A stretch of DNA of 64,000 nucleotides from Candidatus Latescibacterota bacterium (GTDB lineage Bacteria; Latescibacterota; CBDEFO01), in the NCBI GenBank assembly GCA_965248755.1, contig OZ252149.1, forward strand, positions 1,696,001 to 1,760,000, read 5' to 3'. How positions within the stretch are numbered: position 1 is the first letter of the stretch; the number at the start of each line of letters is the position of its first letter. This document shows positions 21,986 through 37,974 of this stretch, one piece after another. The translations under genes were made by a program, and so were the position numbers. Below the pieces are notes generated by a model that was not told the DNA's origin, searched no databases, and worked only from the letters and a program-made list of their open reading frames with translations.

Positions 21986-22216
21986 TTGGATCTCCCTTTA
22001 GAATTTAAGGGTTTCGATTTGAGTTTGCTTCAGGGTTTTCACACTCTCAGATGATGTTGCCTTTTCTTGCCTTCAGTAATCTAAAGAACAGACAAGAATG
22101 TCTGTTCTACTGCCTGCCGAACCTGGTGGGTCAGACATTCTTGTCTGACAGAGCAATCTCAATATGTCCTTTATTGTCCTCCACTATCTCAGAACGTTAT
22201 ACGCCCTATCTTAAGA

Positions 22217-23053
22217 TTACCTTATAATATCCCCGATCCTGCCCCATCTTACCTCCCAGGGGAAATGGGTAATATGATAAAATAGCCAGGCTGGCAAAGA
22301 CCCCGGACCTCTTATTTTCGGCGCCCTCCAATCTCCGTTCCACGACCAATAGATAATCAGCGCCTTTGCCTTCACATTCTCCACTGGAAGCGGTCCCCAA
22401 AACCTGCTGTCCTGACTGTTATCTCTGTTGTCACCCATCATAAAAAGTTCCCCCTCCTGCAATTCTTCCGGACCCCAGTTATCTCTTTTGAGTTCCTCCC
22501 TGTTACTTAATATCCTGCCCCTTGACATCCTGCTGCTTTCGTACTTAACATTAGGAGGATCGGGGAACCTTTTTCCATCCACATATAACTTTTTATCCCT
22601 TATCTCTACCGTCTGTCCCTCCACAGCAACACATCGCTTTATGAAGTCCCTTGAGGGATCTTCAGGATACTTAAATATTATTATATCCCCCGGCTCGGGA
22701 TCCTTTAAACCTGGAAGCCTTACGTCGAAAAACGGGATATTCGGACCGTAAGTTATCTTCTCCGCAAGCAGGAAATCCCCCACAAGCAGAGTGTCCTCCA
22801 TAGAACCTGACGGGATGCGAAATGCCTGGATCACAAAGGTCCTGATCACCAAAGCCAACAACACAGCCACTACTATGGCTTCTGAGTACTCCCTTATGAC
22901 CGATTTTCCCCTCTGGCTCTTTTTTTTGCCTATCAACAGCCTCCGTATATAACCCCAAATATCAGGCCTTTGCGCCGTGCTCTCCCCTTTAAGGACATCC
23001 TTATCTTTAATCCTTTTATCTTTACTTTTCTTATTCTTAGTCTTTCCGCTCAC
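22217..23053 (-). CDS. lepB: Signal peptidase I
   Basis: IPSGSMEDTL, FIKRCV and GDNRDNSQDSRFWG. Confidence 0.95.
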   Translation of the reverse strand: MSGKTKNKKSKDKRIKDKDVLKGESTAQRPDIWGYIRRLLIGKKKSQRGKSVIREYSEAIVVAVLLALVIRTFVIQAFRIPSGSMEDTLLVGDFLLAEKITYGPNIPFFDVRLPGLKDPEPGDIIIFKYPEDPSRDFIKRCVAVEGQTVEIRDKKLYVDGKRFPDPPNVKYESSRMSRGRILSNREELKRDNWGPEELQEGELFMMGDNRDNSQDSRFWGPLPVENVKAKALIIYWSWNGDWRAPKIRGPGSLPAWLFYHITHFPWEVRWGRIGDIIR

Positions 23054-23080
23054 CCTTTCAAAGCTCCATTATGTTAAGTC

Positions 23081-24880
23081 CTACTCGCCCACATTCAAAA
23101 TTGCCAGGAACGCCTCTTGAGGGATCTCCACGTTCCCCACCTGCTTCATCCTCTTTTTCCCTTCCTTCTGTCGTTCCAGAAGTTTCCTTTTCCTTGTTAT
23201 ATCTCCACCGTAACACTTGGCAGTAACGTTCTTCTTAAAGGGACGGATTACCTCCCTAGATATGACCTTCTTCCCTACAGCTCCCTGTATAACCACCCCG
23301 AACAACTGTTTTGGAATAAGCTCCTTGAGCCTTTTGCAGAGCTGTCTGCCCCAGTTATAAGCCTTATCCCTGTGAATTATGGCCGAGAGAGCGTCAACAG
23401 AATTGCTGTTGATCAGAATATCTAACTTCACAAGATTGGCGGGACTGTGCTCTTTGTACTCATAATCGAAGGAAGCATAACCCCTGCTGACAGATTTCAA
23501 CCTGTCATAAAAATCAAAGACGACCTCCGCTAAGGGAATCTCGTATTTAAGTACTACCCTTGTGGGTTCTAAATATTCCGTATTTACATAGACCCCACGC
23601 CTGTCTAGAACCAACTTCATTATATTTCCCATATAATCTACTGGCGTTAGAATCTGAGCCTCCAGAATCGGTTCTTCTACAACATCTATCTCTCCTTGAG
23701 CGGGCATATCCGCTGGGTTATCCACCAGAAGTTTGGTCCCATCCTTTAAGATCACCCTGTACTCCACATTGGGAACGGTAGTTATGATCTTCAGCCCATA
23801 TTCTCTTTCCAGCCTCTCACCAACTATCTCCATGTGCAAGAGTCCCAAAAAGCCGCATCTGAAGCCGAAACCCAGTGCGTTCGAAGTCTCAGGTACATAA
23901 GATAAAGAAGAATCGTTCAATTTCAGACGCTCCAAGAAATCCCTGAGTTCCTCGTAATCGTCCGGGTCTTGGGGATAGAGTCCTGAAAAGACCATAGGCT
24001 TTACGTCCTTATAGCCCGGAAGGGGATCAGAATCTAAATCCACAGCCTCCAAGATAGTGTCCCCCACCTTAGCGTCTGCCAGGTCCTTTATCCCGCAGAT
24101 GAGATAACCCACTTCTCCTGCTGAAAGAGATCCCGTTTTGATCTTCTTCAATCTCAGGACCCCGGCCTCTTCGACCTGATATACCTTCCCGTTCGAGAAC
24201 AACCTAACATGATCTCCTTGATTTACCGATCCATCGAACATCCTAACATAAGCCACAGCTCCTCTGTAACGGTCAAACACGGAGTCGAATATTAAAGCCT
24301 TCAGGCGATTTTTAGCTGAACCTTCAGGTGGAGAAATCCTTTCCACTATTGCCTCTAATATTTCCGCAATCCCCCATCCTAACTTTGCACTTACACACAA
24401 AACCTCATCCTGGCTTACTCCCAAAAGATCTGCTAACTGGCCTTTGACCCTATCTGTACGGGCGTTTTGAAGATCTATCTTATTTACTATCGGAATGATG
24501 ATAAGATCGTTTTCCAAAGCCAAATACAGGTTACTTAAGGTCTGAGCCTCCATTCCCTGGACAGCGTCCACCACTATCAAGGCGCCCTCGCACGCTGCGA
24601 GGCTTCTGGATACCTCATACGAAAAATCCACGTGCCCGGGAGTATCTATCATGTTCAATACATAGGCCTTGCCGTCTTTGGCACTGTATTCCATCCGTAC
24701 AGCGTGCGCCTTTATGGTTATACCCCTTTCCCTTTCCAGCTCCATATCGTCCAGCACCTGCTCACGCATCTCTTTTCCCGACAGAGTCCCCGTCATCTCC
24801 AGAAGTCTATCGGCAAGTGTGGACTTGCCGTGATCTATATGGGCTATTATGGAAAAGTTCCTTATAAGCTCGGTCGTCAA
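23081..24880 (-). CDS. lepA: Elongation factor 4
   Basis: [21 protein letters not shown] and [15 protein letters not shown]. Confidence 0.97.
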   Translation of the reverse strand: MTTELIRNFSIIAHIDHGKSTLADRLLEMTGTLSGKEMREQVLDDMELERERGITIKAHAVRMEYSAKDGKAYVLNMIDTPGHVDFSYEVSRSLAACEGALIVVDAVQGMEAQTLSNLYLALENDLIIIPIVNKIDLQNARTDRVKGQLADLLGVSQDEVLCVSAKLGWGIAEILEAIVERISPPEGSAKNRLKALIFDSVFDRYRGAVAYVRMFDGSVNQGDHVRLFSNGKVYQVEEAGVLRLKKIKTGSLSAGEVGYLICGIKDLADAKVGDTILEAVDLDSDPLPGYKDVKPMVFSGLYPQDPDDYEELRDFLERLKLNDSSLSYVPETSNALGFGFRCGFLGLLHMEIVGERLEREYGLKIITTVPNVEYRVILKDGTKLLVDNPADMPAQGEIDVVEEPILEAQILTPVDYMGNIMKLVLDRRGVYVNTEYLEPTRVVLKYEIPLAEVVFDFYDRLKSVSRGYASFDYEYKEHSPANLVKLDILINSNSVDALSAIIHRDKAYNWGRQLCKRLKELIPKQLFGVVIQGAVGKKVISREVIRPFKKNVTAKCYGGDITRKRKLLERQKEGKKRMKQVGNVEIPQEAFLAILNVGE

Positions 24881-25011
24881 TATAGTTTTTCCTTCAAAGA
24901 TCCCTCAAACTGTCATAGTCAGAAATCGCACTCTCCAATCTGCTAACTCTATCTTGAATCCACGGTACGTCTTAAGAAGAATATACTTGCTGCATCCCAA
25001 TCCGTCAATAG

Positions 25012-25791
25012 CTATTTACCCTTAAAATCGGGACTTCGCTTTTCTAAGAACGCCGATATGCCCTCTTTTTTATCCTCGGTCTCGAAAAGCCTGCCGAAGT
25101 ACTTAGACTCAACATCCACAGCTGCCGATGAACTGGCTATAGAGCCCTCATCCACCGATCGCAGAATAGCCTCAACAGAAAGATGCCCAAAAGAGGCTAT
25201 CTTTCGGGCGAGTTCCTTGGACTCCTTCATTACGTCCTCTGCAGGGACAACCATGTTCACGAGCCCCCAGGACTCGGCATCCCCAGCGGTGATACGCTCT
25301 CCCGTAAGTAGAAGTTCCAGGGCCCTCCCTCTGCCCACAAAACGGGGCAGTCTATATGTCCCAGCGTAGCCCGGCATGACCCCTAAATTAATCTCCGGCT
25401 GACCTAATTGAGCATCCACACTTGCCACTCTTATGTGACACGCCATAGCCAGCTCCAATCCCCCCCCATAGCATCCTCCGTTGATAGCCGCTATGATCGG
25501 CTTTCTTAAGTTTTCGATCCTCCGTAAAATCGAATGCCCCGATCTTGAAAAATTTTCTGCCTCCTTTGCCGAGTTAATTTCTGCTAACTCCACTATGTCC
25601 GCGCCTGCCGAAAAGAATTTTCCCGCTCCTGTGATTATCGCAGCCCTTATAGCATCGTTTGACTCTATTTCATCCACAGCCTTCTTTATATCGGACAGTA
25701 CCTTTGATCCTAAAGCGTTCACTGGAGGATTATCTACAACCGCACAAGCGATTCCATTTTCAACTTCTAACCTTAAATAATCTAAGTCCAT
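25012..25791 (-). CDS. Enoyl-CoA hydratase/crotonase
   Basis: FSAGADI, GGGLELA and GQPEINLG. Confidence 0.92.
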   Translation of the reverse strand: MDLDYLRLEVENGIACAVVDNPPVNALGSKVLSDIKKAVDEIESNDAIRAAIITGAGKFFSAGADIVELAEINSAKEAENFSRSGHSILRRIENLRKPIIAAINGGCYGGGLELAMACHIRVASVDAQLGQPEINLGVMPGYAGTYRLPRFVGRGRALELLLTGERITAGDAESWGLVNMVVPAEDVMKESKELARKIASFGHLSVEAILRSVDEGSIASSSAAVDVESKYFGRLFETEDKKEGISAFLEKRSPDFKGK

Positions 25792-25809
25792 AAATTAAAC
25801 TCCTTTTTC

Positions 25810-26712
25810 CTACCTTTCCCTCACAAAGTCTGACACTACAGGCTCATCTTCCCCGTAATCGTAAAAACCCCCTCCCGACTTTCTGCCTAAATATCCCGCA
25901 AGGACCATCTGCTTCAAAATAGAAGGAGCGGAAAACCTCTTTTCCTTATACTCGTCGAACATAATGTCCGAGATCCTCAAGATCGTATCCAATCCTATAA
26001 AATCGATCAGGGCAAGAGGGCCTATAGGGAGGCCACATCCTAACTTCATCCCTCTGTCTATGTCCTCCACAGAACCTACCCCCTCCTCAAAAACCCTCAC
26101 AGCGTCTAAAAGATAAGGGACCAGGAGCCTATTTACGATAAACCCGGCGTTATCCTTTGCAACGATAGGAGTCTTGCCTAGGGACTTGGCAAAAGACACC
26201 ACACTATCAAACGTCTCATCCGAGGTGAGAATGGTCCTTACTATCTCAACCAACTCCATGATGTGCGCCGGATTGAAAAAATGGAGACCCATAAACTTGT
26301 CGGGTCTCCTGGTTGTCGTAGCCAAGTTCGTTATGCTCAAAGAGGACGTATTGCTCACAAAGATCGTCTTATCTGAGCACACCTTATCTAATTTTGCGAA
26401 TATCTCGGTCTTTATTCCTATATGCTCGGTCACAGCTTCTATTATTATGTCTCTATCCTCTAAATCCTTAATATCCTCCGATCCTTTAAGTCTTTCCAAA
26501 ACCGAACCCATTTCGGATCGATCTATCGTGCTCTTCTGGACATCTCTATTCAAAAACCCTTCGATAAGACCTAATCCCTTATCTACCAATTCCCCTTTTA
26601 CGTCATTTACGAGGACATCGTAGCCGCTTTGAGCCACAACCTGAGCTATCCTCGACCCCATAATCCCGCAGCCTACGAGGCCGATTTTTTGAATGTCCAT
26701 AGTTACCTCCAC
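25810..26712 (-). CDS. hbd: 3-hydroxybutyryl-CoA dehydrogenase
   Basis: GCGIMG, SNTSSL, HFFNP and GFIVNRLL. Confidence 0.92.
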   Translation of the reverse strand: MEVTMDIQKIGLVGCGIMGSRIAQVVAQSGYDVLVNDVKGELVDKGLGLIEGFLNRDVQKSTIDRSEMGSVLERLKGSEDIKDLEDRDIIIEAVTEHIGIKTEIFAKLDKVCSDKTIFVSNTSSLSITNLATTTRRPDKFMGLHFFNPAHIMELVEIVRTILTSDETFDSVVSFAKSLGKTPIVAKDNAGFIVNRLLVPYLLDAVRVFEEGVGSVEDIDRGMKLGCGLPIGPLALIDFIGLDTILRISDIMFDEYKEKRFSAPSILKQMVLAGYLGRKSGGGFYDYGEDEPVVSDFVRER

Positions 26713-26734
26713 ATAGTCAGCTTACTTTCTAATC

Positions 26735-26940
26735 AGGTATCGGATCAAAATAGTCAGGGCAAGATTGTCGAGGTCTAAAATAGCAGACAGCGTAGAACCA
26801 GAGGCAGTCTAACGGAGATTGCTTCGCTTGGCTCGAAATGACTGAAGGCCTAAGTCAAGCGACGTCATTCGAAGGTGTCAAACCCCGACCCCGTCAGGAG
26901 TTGTAACGCCAAAGGAGACGCGAAGCGGAACCGATCTCAG
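26735..26940. repeat. Composite intergenic repeat (REP-like)
   Basis: Similar to 12446-12540. The segment 26875-26938 has an inverted relative at ~36680-36745. Confidence 0.65.
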
Positions 26941-26970
26941 GGGATAGGAGGATGGATCCAGTCTGCTTGC

Positions 26971-28155
26971 TTAGAACGCCTCAACGACCAAAGCCACGCC
27001 CTGTCCTCCTCCAACGCACGCAGACGCCAATCCGTACTTAGCCCCCGTTCGCCTCAATTGATAAAGTAAAGTAATTATCAGCCGCGTGCCGCTTGCGCCC
27101 AGGGGATGTCCCAATGCTATCGCGCCGCCGTTTACGTTTACCTTCTTTCTGTCCAACTCTAATTCCTTTTCCACAGCTAAATACTGACACGCAAACGCCT
27201 CGTTTATCTCTATGAGGTCTATCTCTTCCAACGATAGTCCCGCCCTTTCAAGAGCTATCTTCGATGCGGGAACGGGTCCTATTCCCATAATCTCGGGCTC
27301 GCATCCAGCTATACCCCATGAAATTAGACGCCCTATAGGCTCTAATTTCTCTTTTTTGGCAATTTCTCCCGACCCCATGACCAACGCGGCCGCGCCATCG
27401 CAGATGCCGCTTGCATTTCCCGCCGTGACAACTCCATCCTCCTTGAAGACAGACTTCAGCTTAGACAGTCCCTCCAAGGTGGTATCGGACCTCGGATGTT
27501 CATCCTTATCAAGGAGGGATGTTTCTCCTCTCTTGCCCTTAATCTCAACAGGAACAATCTCATCGCTTAATCTGCAATCCTGGACCGCTGATTTCAGGGA
27601 CATCTGGCTCCTGTATGCAAACTCGTCCGCCTCCTGTCTTTTTATGCCATATCTATTTGCCAGATTCTCCGCCGTGCTACCCATTTTGCATTCGCAATTG
27701 CTGTCCTCCAAAGCCTGACAAAGAGCGTCGTCAAGCGTCCCATCCCCGAAGTGTACTCCCCATCTTGCCCCTTTTACAAGGTACGGAGCCCTGCTCATGC
27801 TCTCAACACCGCCTGCTAATACAAACTTTGACTCATCCAGCAGGATCTGATGCGCTCCACTGATAATAGACTGAAACCCCGACGCGCAGAGTCTGTTCAC
27901 CATCAGGGCTGGAGTCTGGAGGGGGACACCTGCGTTCAAGCCTATATGTCTGGCAAGGTAAATATCGTGCCCGTCTGTCTGAAGAGCGTTACCGAAGATT
28001 GTGTGATCTATCCTCAGAGGTAAGACGCCCGAGCGTTCAAGAGCAGCCTTGGCCGCCAGAACTCCCAAATCTTTCGGGCTGTGATCCCTCAGACTTCCTC
28101 CGAAGCTCCCAAAAGGCGTTCGTGCTCCTGGGAATAGGGCTATTTCTTTATGCAT
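26971..28155 (-). CDS. Acetyl-CoA C-acyltransferase (thiolase)
   Basis: NRLCASG, NEAFA, GHPLGASG and CVGGGQG. Confidence 0.95.
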   Translation of the reverse strand: MHKEIALFPGARTPFGSFGGSLRDHSPKDLGVLAAKAALERSGVLPLRIDHTIFGNALQTDGHDIYLARHIGLNAGVPLQTPALMVNRLCASGFQSIISGAHQILLDESKFVLAGGVESMSRAPYLVKGARWGVHFGDGTLDDALCQALEDSNCECKMGSTAENLANRYGIKRQEADEFAYRSQMSLKSAVQDCRLSDEIVPVEIKGKRGETSLLDKDEHPRSDTTLEGLSKLKSVFKEDGVVTAGNASGICDGAAALVMGSGEIAKKEKLEPIGRLISWGIAGCEPEIMGIGPVPASKIALERAGLSLEEIDLIEINEAFACQYLAVEKELELDRKKVNVNGGAIALGHPLGASGTRLIITLLYQLRRTGAKYGLASACVGGGQGVALVVEAF

Positions 28156-28172
28156 ATGCTTCTCCTGTTACA

Positions 28173-28408
28173 TAACCCAATTAATTCATAAACTTGGTGG
28201 AGTCATTGCGAGGAGCAAAGCGACGAAGCAATCTCAAGGTTTTATAGTGATCTCCTATGAGAGCCGGAGAGTATTACATCTACCACAGAATCGAGATTGC
28301 TTCGCCTTCGGCTCGCAATGACACCGAAGGTGGTTAAACGGCATAACTATAATACAGTACAATCCCTTAATTAATACACGGCCTTTTTGTGTGAATTATT
28401 CGGGCTAA
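28173..28408. mobile_element. MITE-like element, copy 1 (with internal REP doublet)
   Basis: Terminal IRs TAACCC(A/G)ATTAATTCATA / TGTGAATTATT(C/T)GGGCTA. Second copy at 60554-60808. Confidence 0.75.
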
Positions 28409-28453
28409 CAAAGATAGATCGCATCTTAAGGGCCGATTTTTTTATTAAAACAT

Positions 28454-28482
28454 ATAGTATAGAACGGCATAAGATAAGTCAA
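28454..28482 (-). promoter_or_regulatory. Sigma-70 promoter for the thiolase operon
   Basis: TTGACT-17-TACTAT. Confidence 0.6.
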
Positions 28483-28493
28483 GCTAAAAAACA

Positions 28494-28527
28494 AAAAAAG
28501 CCCACACTATATAAAGTGCGGGCTTTT
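28494..28527 (-). terminator. Intrinsic terminator of the rRNA operon
   Basis: AGCCC(A)CACT / AGTG(C)GGGCT hairpin with a T-run on the minus strand. Confidence 0.75.
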
Positions 28528-28536
28528 AACTAAAGA

Positions 28537-28655
28537 TCTCGGCAGCTACCTACTCTCCCACAAGGTGACCCAAGCAGTACCATCGGCGCCAGAGGGCTTA
28601 ACTACTCTGTTCGGAATGGGAAGAGGTGTTTCCCCTCCGCTATCACTACCGGGAA
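28537..28655 (-). rRNA. rrf: 5S rRNA
   Basis: Reverse complement contains CCCATTCCGAACAGAGTAGTTAAG, GCCGATGGTACT and GAGAGTAGG. Confidence 0.95.
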
Positions 28656-28743
28656 ATTTGGCAGTTCACTTTAGCTCTTTGCAATTGAACATGGAAAGAA
28701 CGGGCACCATCAGGAGGCTGAATCTTGGACATTTATTAAAGTG

Positions 28744-31891
<3,148 letters not shown>

Positions 31892-32055
31892 AACATTAAT
31901 ATCCAAGATTAAGCCCTAAGATATCTCAGCTACATCAAGTTACCCGTTCTATCCATATTCAATTGTCAAAGAACAATATCAGCGCTTACTGAATAAGCGC
32001 TTACTCACATATGTCTTTAGATTCTTTTATAGACTTGCGCAGTTTAATTGGCTTT

Positions 32056-32131
32056 TGGTGGAGATAACCGGGATCGAACCGGTAACCTCAGGCTTGCAAA
32101 GCCTGCGCTCTCCCAATTGAGCTATATCCCC
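32056..32131 (-). tRNA. tRNA-Ala(UGC)
   Basis: GGGGATATAGCTCAATTGGGAGAGC...TTGCAA...GTTCGATCC...CCA. Confidence 0.97.
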
Positions 32132-32141
32132 CGCTTTTATA

Positions 32142-32218
<77 letters not shown>

Positions 32219-32365
32219 TAAGCGGGTCTTTTAGCTTGTGGGCTAAGCTCCACACCGATGTTCTCGGCTCTATGTCCAGCTCAAAAAAATCAAATAACGT
32301 GCACAGCCTTTGTCCGCTGACAGGTTGATCGTAGAAATTGCAGCCCCATGAGGGCATTTGCAACT

Positions 32366-33935
<1,570 letters not shown>

Positions 33936-34083
33936 TAAACTAATCCTGTTGATGTCCTTGAAAGGACATGTCATCAAAGCTTAATGATCTCTTTAAGAAG
34001 AGATCTCTACCAGAAGACTCCAAACCATGCACGTTATTAGATTTTCAAAGAACGATTACCACTTATAGTATCGGTAACACAGA

Positions 34084-34112
34084 AATATACTTTAAACCTT
34101 TCGATTTGTCAA
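34084..34112 (-). promoter_or_regulatory. rRNA operon promoter (boxA-like GTTCTTTGAAAA downstream at ~34042-34053)
   Basis: TTGACA-17-TATATT. Confidence 0.8.
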
Positions 34113-34323
34113 GTGTTTTTTTTGTGATTTCAAAATAAGAATAACACTATGCTCTTATGAATCCTTCTATGCTTTAAATTTCCACATACACGTAAGACCC
34201 CCATAGTTCGGAAAAGTTCCATTTAACGTCTTTCTATCGTCGTCTTTCCGTTCGAATCGGAAGGCACACCTCCATAGAAGACTTGGACTCTCAGTCTATT
34301 TGCCGGTCTTGACTTTGGACTCT

Positions 34324-35355
34324 TTAAACTTCCCTTTGGCAAAAAAGGATTTCTGCAATCTGAATTGCGTTGAGCGCAGCCCCCTTGCGCAGATTGTCGG
34401 AGACTATCCACATATCGAGTGCATTTTCAGAGGATATATCTTCGCGTATCCTCCCCACAAATACGTCATCTTTCCCTTCAGCATCCACGGCTAAAGGATA
34501 AATTCCCCTTCCAGGATCGTCCAGCACAGCGATACCGGGGGCCCTCTTTAGTATCTGTCTTGCTTGGTCTCGGGTAAGTTTCCCTATAGTCTCAACATTA
34601 ACAGATTCAGAATGAGCCATCAAGACAGGGACTCTGACGGTAGTAGCAGTGACCTTTATGGAGTCGTCGCCCATAATCTTTTGGGTCTCGTTGACCATCT
34701 TCATCTCTTCTGTAGTATATCCGTTTTCCAGAAAAGCGTTATCACTGCTGTGTGGTATCTGCGGAATAACGTTGAAAGCCATCTGATGTGGAAATCTGGG
34801 ACTATCATAAGATTTGCCCTCCAGAATGGCTTTGGTCTGTTCCTTCAAATCTAACATCGCACCTAAGCTGTCGCCTGAGACAGATTGATAGGTGGAAACC
34901 ACAACCCTTTTGATTCTGGCCGCATCGTGAATTGGCTTCAGAGCCACCACCATCTGGATTGTGGAACAGTTTGGATTAGCTACAATTCCACTGTGATCCA
35001 AGGCGGCATCTGGGTTCACCTCGGGGACCACCAGAGGAACATCGGGCTCCATCCTGAAAGCGGATGTATTGTCTATAACTACCGCTCCTGATTGGACAGC
35101 TACAGGCGCAAACCACTTACTTATGGAACTCCCCGCAGATGATAACACAATATCTATATCTTTTGAGGAAAACGAATGGTCTTTCAGTTCTTCTACAGTT
35201 ATATCTTCCCCCTTGAAGTCCAGCTTCTTTCCTGCTGATCTTTTTGATGAAAAGAGTCTCAAAGTTTTTACTGGAAACTTTCTCTCTTCTAAGATCTTTC
35301 TCATCACCCCACCCACTGCGCCCGTGGCGCCTACTATAGCCACGTTGTAAGACAT
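34324..35355 (-). CDS. asd: Aspartate-semialdehyde dehydrogenase
   Basis: VAIVGATGAVG, NPNCSTIQ and DNLRKGAALNA. Confidence 0.96.
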   Translation of the reverse strand: MSYNVAIVGATGAVGGVMRKILEERKFPVKTLRLFSSKRSAGKKLDFKGEDITVEELKDHSFSSKDIDIVLSSAGSSISKWFAPVAVQSGAVVIDNTSAFRMEPDVPLVVPEVNPDAALDHSGIVANPNCSTIQMVVALKPIHDAARIKRVVVSTYQSVSGDSLGAMLDLKEQTKAILEGKSYDSPRFPHQMAFNVIPQIPHSSDNAFLENGYTTEEMKMVNETQKIMGDDSIKVTATTVRVPVLMAHSESVNVETIGKLTRDQARQILKRAPGIAVLDDPGRGIYPLAVDAEGKDDVFVGRIREDISSENALDMWIVSDNLRKGAALNAIQIAEILFCQREV

Positions 35356-35371
35356 TCTGGGTTCCTTTCCT

Positions 35372-36592
35372 TCAAGATTCGCCCAGTTCAAATTCTCTGT
35401 GCAGGGCCCTTACTGCGTCCTCGATGCAAGCCTTTCTGATCACACAGGAAATCTTGATCTCTGATGTGCTTATCATTTCGATATTGATGTCTGCATCAGA
35501 CAAGGCCTTAAACGTCTTGGACGCGACTCCCGTATGGCTCCTCATCCCAACTCCGACTACGGAGACTTTGGCTATGTCTTCGTCTGCGGAGACATTCCTC
35601 GCGTCGATCTCGGGTTTTATGACGTTCTTGCCTAGTTCGAGAGCTCTTTCAAGGTCAGCCCTTGGAACCGTGAAGGACATATCCGTCACTCCGCTCTCGC
35701 TGACGTTCTGGACGATCATATCGACGTTGATATTAGCTTGGGCAAGGGGCTGGAATATTGCAGCCGCTATACCTGGCCTGTCTGGAACTCCGTGGATTGT
35801 GATCTTAGCTTCATCTATGTCGTGTGCGATGCCCCGCACCAGGACATCCTCCATCATTTCCTCTTCCTCCTTGACAAGAGTACCAGAATTTTCGTTAAAG
35901 CTGGACCTCACATGCAAAATAACACCGTATTTGTTGGCAAACTCGACCGATCTGGCGTAAAGGACCTTTGCGCCCGCGCTGGCAAGCTCCAGCATCTCAT
36001 CGCTGGAGAGGACCTCCAACTTCCTGGCCTCGGGAACTATGCTCGGATCGGCGGTATAGACACCATCTACGTCTGTCAATATCTCACATTGATGTGCATC
36101 CAGGGCGTAGGCTAAAGCTACAGCAGTCATATCAGAGCCGCCTCGTCCCAGGGTTGTGACCTCCTGATCTACGCTTACTCCCTGAAATCCAGCAACGATT
36201 ACTATTCTGCCCTTTTTTAGCTCTTCTCTTATCCTATCGGCTCTTATGTCCAGAATCCTAGCTTTGGTGTGGATGGCATCTGTGATGATTCCGCTTTGCA
36301 GCCCTGTGAAGGATATAGCCTCTGCCCCCATAGAATTAATAGCCATAGACAAAAGGGCAATAGACACCAGTTCTCCTGTGGAAAGGAGCATGTCCATTTC
36401 TCTTGCTCTGGGTCGGTCAGTTATCTTCCTGACAAGATCGACCAACTGGTCGGTGCTGTCTCCCATCGCAGAGACGACGACGACTATGTCGTTCCCTTCC
36501 TTTTTTTTAGCTATGATCCTTCCCGCCACGCGCTTTATCAGTTCAGGCGTGGTGACAGAAGTTCCACCATATTTTTGAACGATAAGACTCAA
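35372..36592 (-). CDS. lysC: Aspartate kinase
   Basis: [16 protein letters not shown] and two ACT domains. Confidence 0.95.
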   Translation of the reverse strand: MSLIVQKYGGTSVTTPELIKRVAGRIIAKKKEGNDIVVVVSAMGDSTDQLVDLVRKITDRPRAREMDMLLSTGELVSIALLSMAINSMGAEAISFTGLQSGIITDAIHTKARILDIRADRIREELKKGRIVIVAGFQGVSVDQEVTTLGRGGSDMTAVALAYALDAHQCEILTDVDGVYTADPSIVPEARKLEVLSSDEMLELASAGAKVLYARSVEFANKYGVILHVRSSFNENSGTLVKEEEEMMEDVLVRGIAHDIDEAKITIHGVPDRPGIAAAIFQPLAQANINVDMIVQNVSESGVTDMSFTVPRADLERALELGKNVIKPEIDARNVSADEDIAKVSVVGVGMRSHTGVASKTFKALSDADINIEMISTSEIKISCVIRKACIEDAVRALHREFELGES

Positions 36593-36640
36593 ATTTCTAG
36601 CTCATCTTTCAGCAGACTGGGCACTATCTCTCATCACTTG

Positions 36641-36745
36641 CCCCCGACCCCCAATTGAATCTATTGGGGGTTCAATCGGGGATCGGTTCCGCTTCGCGTC
36701 TCCTTCGGCGCAGCACCTCATGACAAGGTCGCGGTCTGGCACCCT
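36641..36745. repeat. Nested 21-bp palindromes plus inverted copy of the 26875-26938 module
   Basis: CCCCGA[CCCCCAATTGAATCTATTGGGGG]TTCAATCGGGG. Confidence 0.7.
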
Positions 36746-36877
36746 GCTTATGACTAAGGTCCAAGCCAACCAACGTCAGCACCAGGTGGGGTGGCAGAAA
36801 GCCGCGCTAGTGGACAAAGCATTCTTACTTAGCTTGTCGCTCCCTGTATGATGTCTATTGTTTCTTGTATACTTATT

Positions 36878-37936
36878 TCAAAATCCTATCTCTCTTACTA
36901 CAGCCTCAACGGTCGCATCGATAACTTGCGGTTTTTGGGCCACAGCCACAGCCCTGTCAGGATCTTTAAGTCCCAGACCCGTAAGCACGCAAACCACTAC
37001 ATCTCCTTTTCGGAATGTTCCTTGCTGGTAAAGCTTTAGTACCCCTGCTACCGAGGCAGCGGACGCAGGCTCGGCAAAGATGCCTTCCAGGTTTGCCAGC
37101 ATCTTGTAAGCCTGTAGGATCTCTTCATCGGTAACAGAGTCTATTATTCCCCCCGATTCCTCTCTGGCCTCTTCTGCGCCGCTCCAGCTTGCTGGGTTTC
37201 CGATCCTTATGGCTGTTGCTATAGTCTCAGGTTCAGCTACAGGCTCTCCTCGAACGATCGGGGCGGCTCCTTCTGCTTGATACCCCATCATCTTGGGGAG
37301 ACTCTCTATCATTCCAGCTTCGTAGTACTCTTTATAGCCTTTCCAGTAGGCGGTAATATTCCCGGCGTTGCCGACAGGCAGAACGTTATAATCGGGGGCC
37401 CTTCTCCCCAGATGATCGCAGATCTCAAATGCACCCGTCTTTTGGCCTTCTATTCTATAGGGATTTACGGAGTTGACTAAAGCAATCGGATATTTGTCTG
37501 CGATCTCTTTGACCAAAGGCAAGGCCCCGTCGAAGTTAGCCTTTACGGAGATGACAAAGGCTCCCTGGATCATAGCCTGCGCAAGCTTACCGAAGGCGAT
37601 ATATCCTTCAGGTATAAGGACCACGCACTTCATACCGGCTCTTGCCGCATAGGCGGACGCTGATGCGGCCGTGTTGCCTGTAGATGCACAGATAACCGCT
37701 TCCGCTCCTGCCTGGGCAGCTTTGGAGACTGCCATCGTCATACCCCTATCTTTGAAGGAACCGGTGGGATTCAAGCCTTCGTATTTAAAGTAAAGTTTAA
37801 ATTCAGCTCCCACCTCCCTCAGAAGGTTCTTAGCCGGGATCAGAGGAGTATTTCCCTCAAACAAGCTTATGACAGGAGTCTTTTCTGTCACGGGAAGGTA
37901 ACGTCTATATTTTTCTACCACACCTGTCCAGAGCAT
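36878..37936 (-). CDS. thrC: Threonine synthase
   Basis: [13 protein letters not shown] and PVGNAGN. Confidence 0.95.
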   Translation of the reverse strand: MLWTGVVEKYRRYLPVTEKTPVISLFEGNTPLIPAKNLLREVGAEFKLYFKYEGLNPTGSFKDRGMTMAVSKAAQAGAEAVICASTGNTAASASAYAARAGMKCVVLIPEGYIAFGKLAQAMIQGAFVISVKANFDGALPLVKEIADKYPIALVNSVNPYRIEGQKTGAFEICDHLGRRAPDYNVLPVGNAGNITAYWKGYKEYYEAGMIESLPKMMGYQAEGAAPIVRGEPVAEPETIATAIRIGNPASWSGAEEAREESGGIIDSVTDEEILQAYKMLANLEGIFAEPASAASVAGVLKLYQQGTFRKGDVVVCVLTGLGLKDPDRAVAVAQKPQVIDATVEAVVREIGF

Positions 37937-37974
37937 TTCGACATCTCCATCAAATCCGCTCTTTGTCCTTTTGT

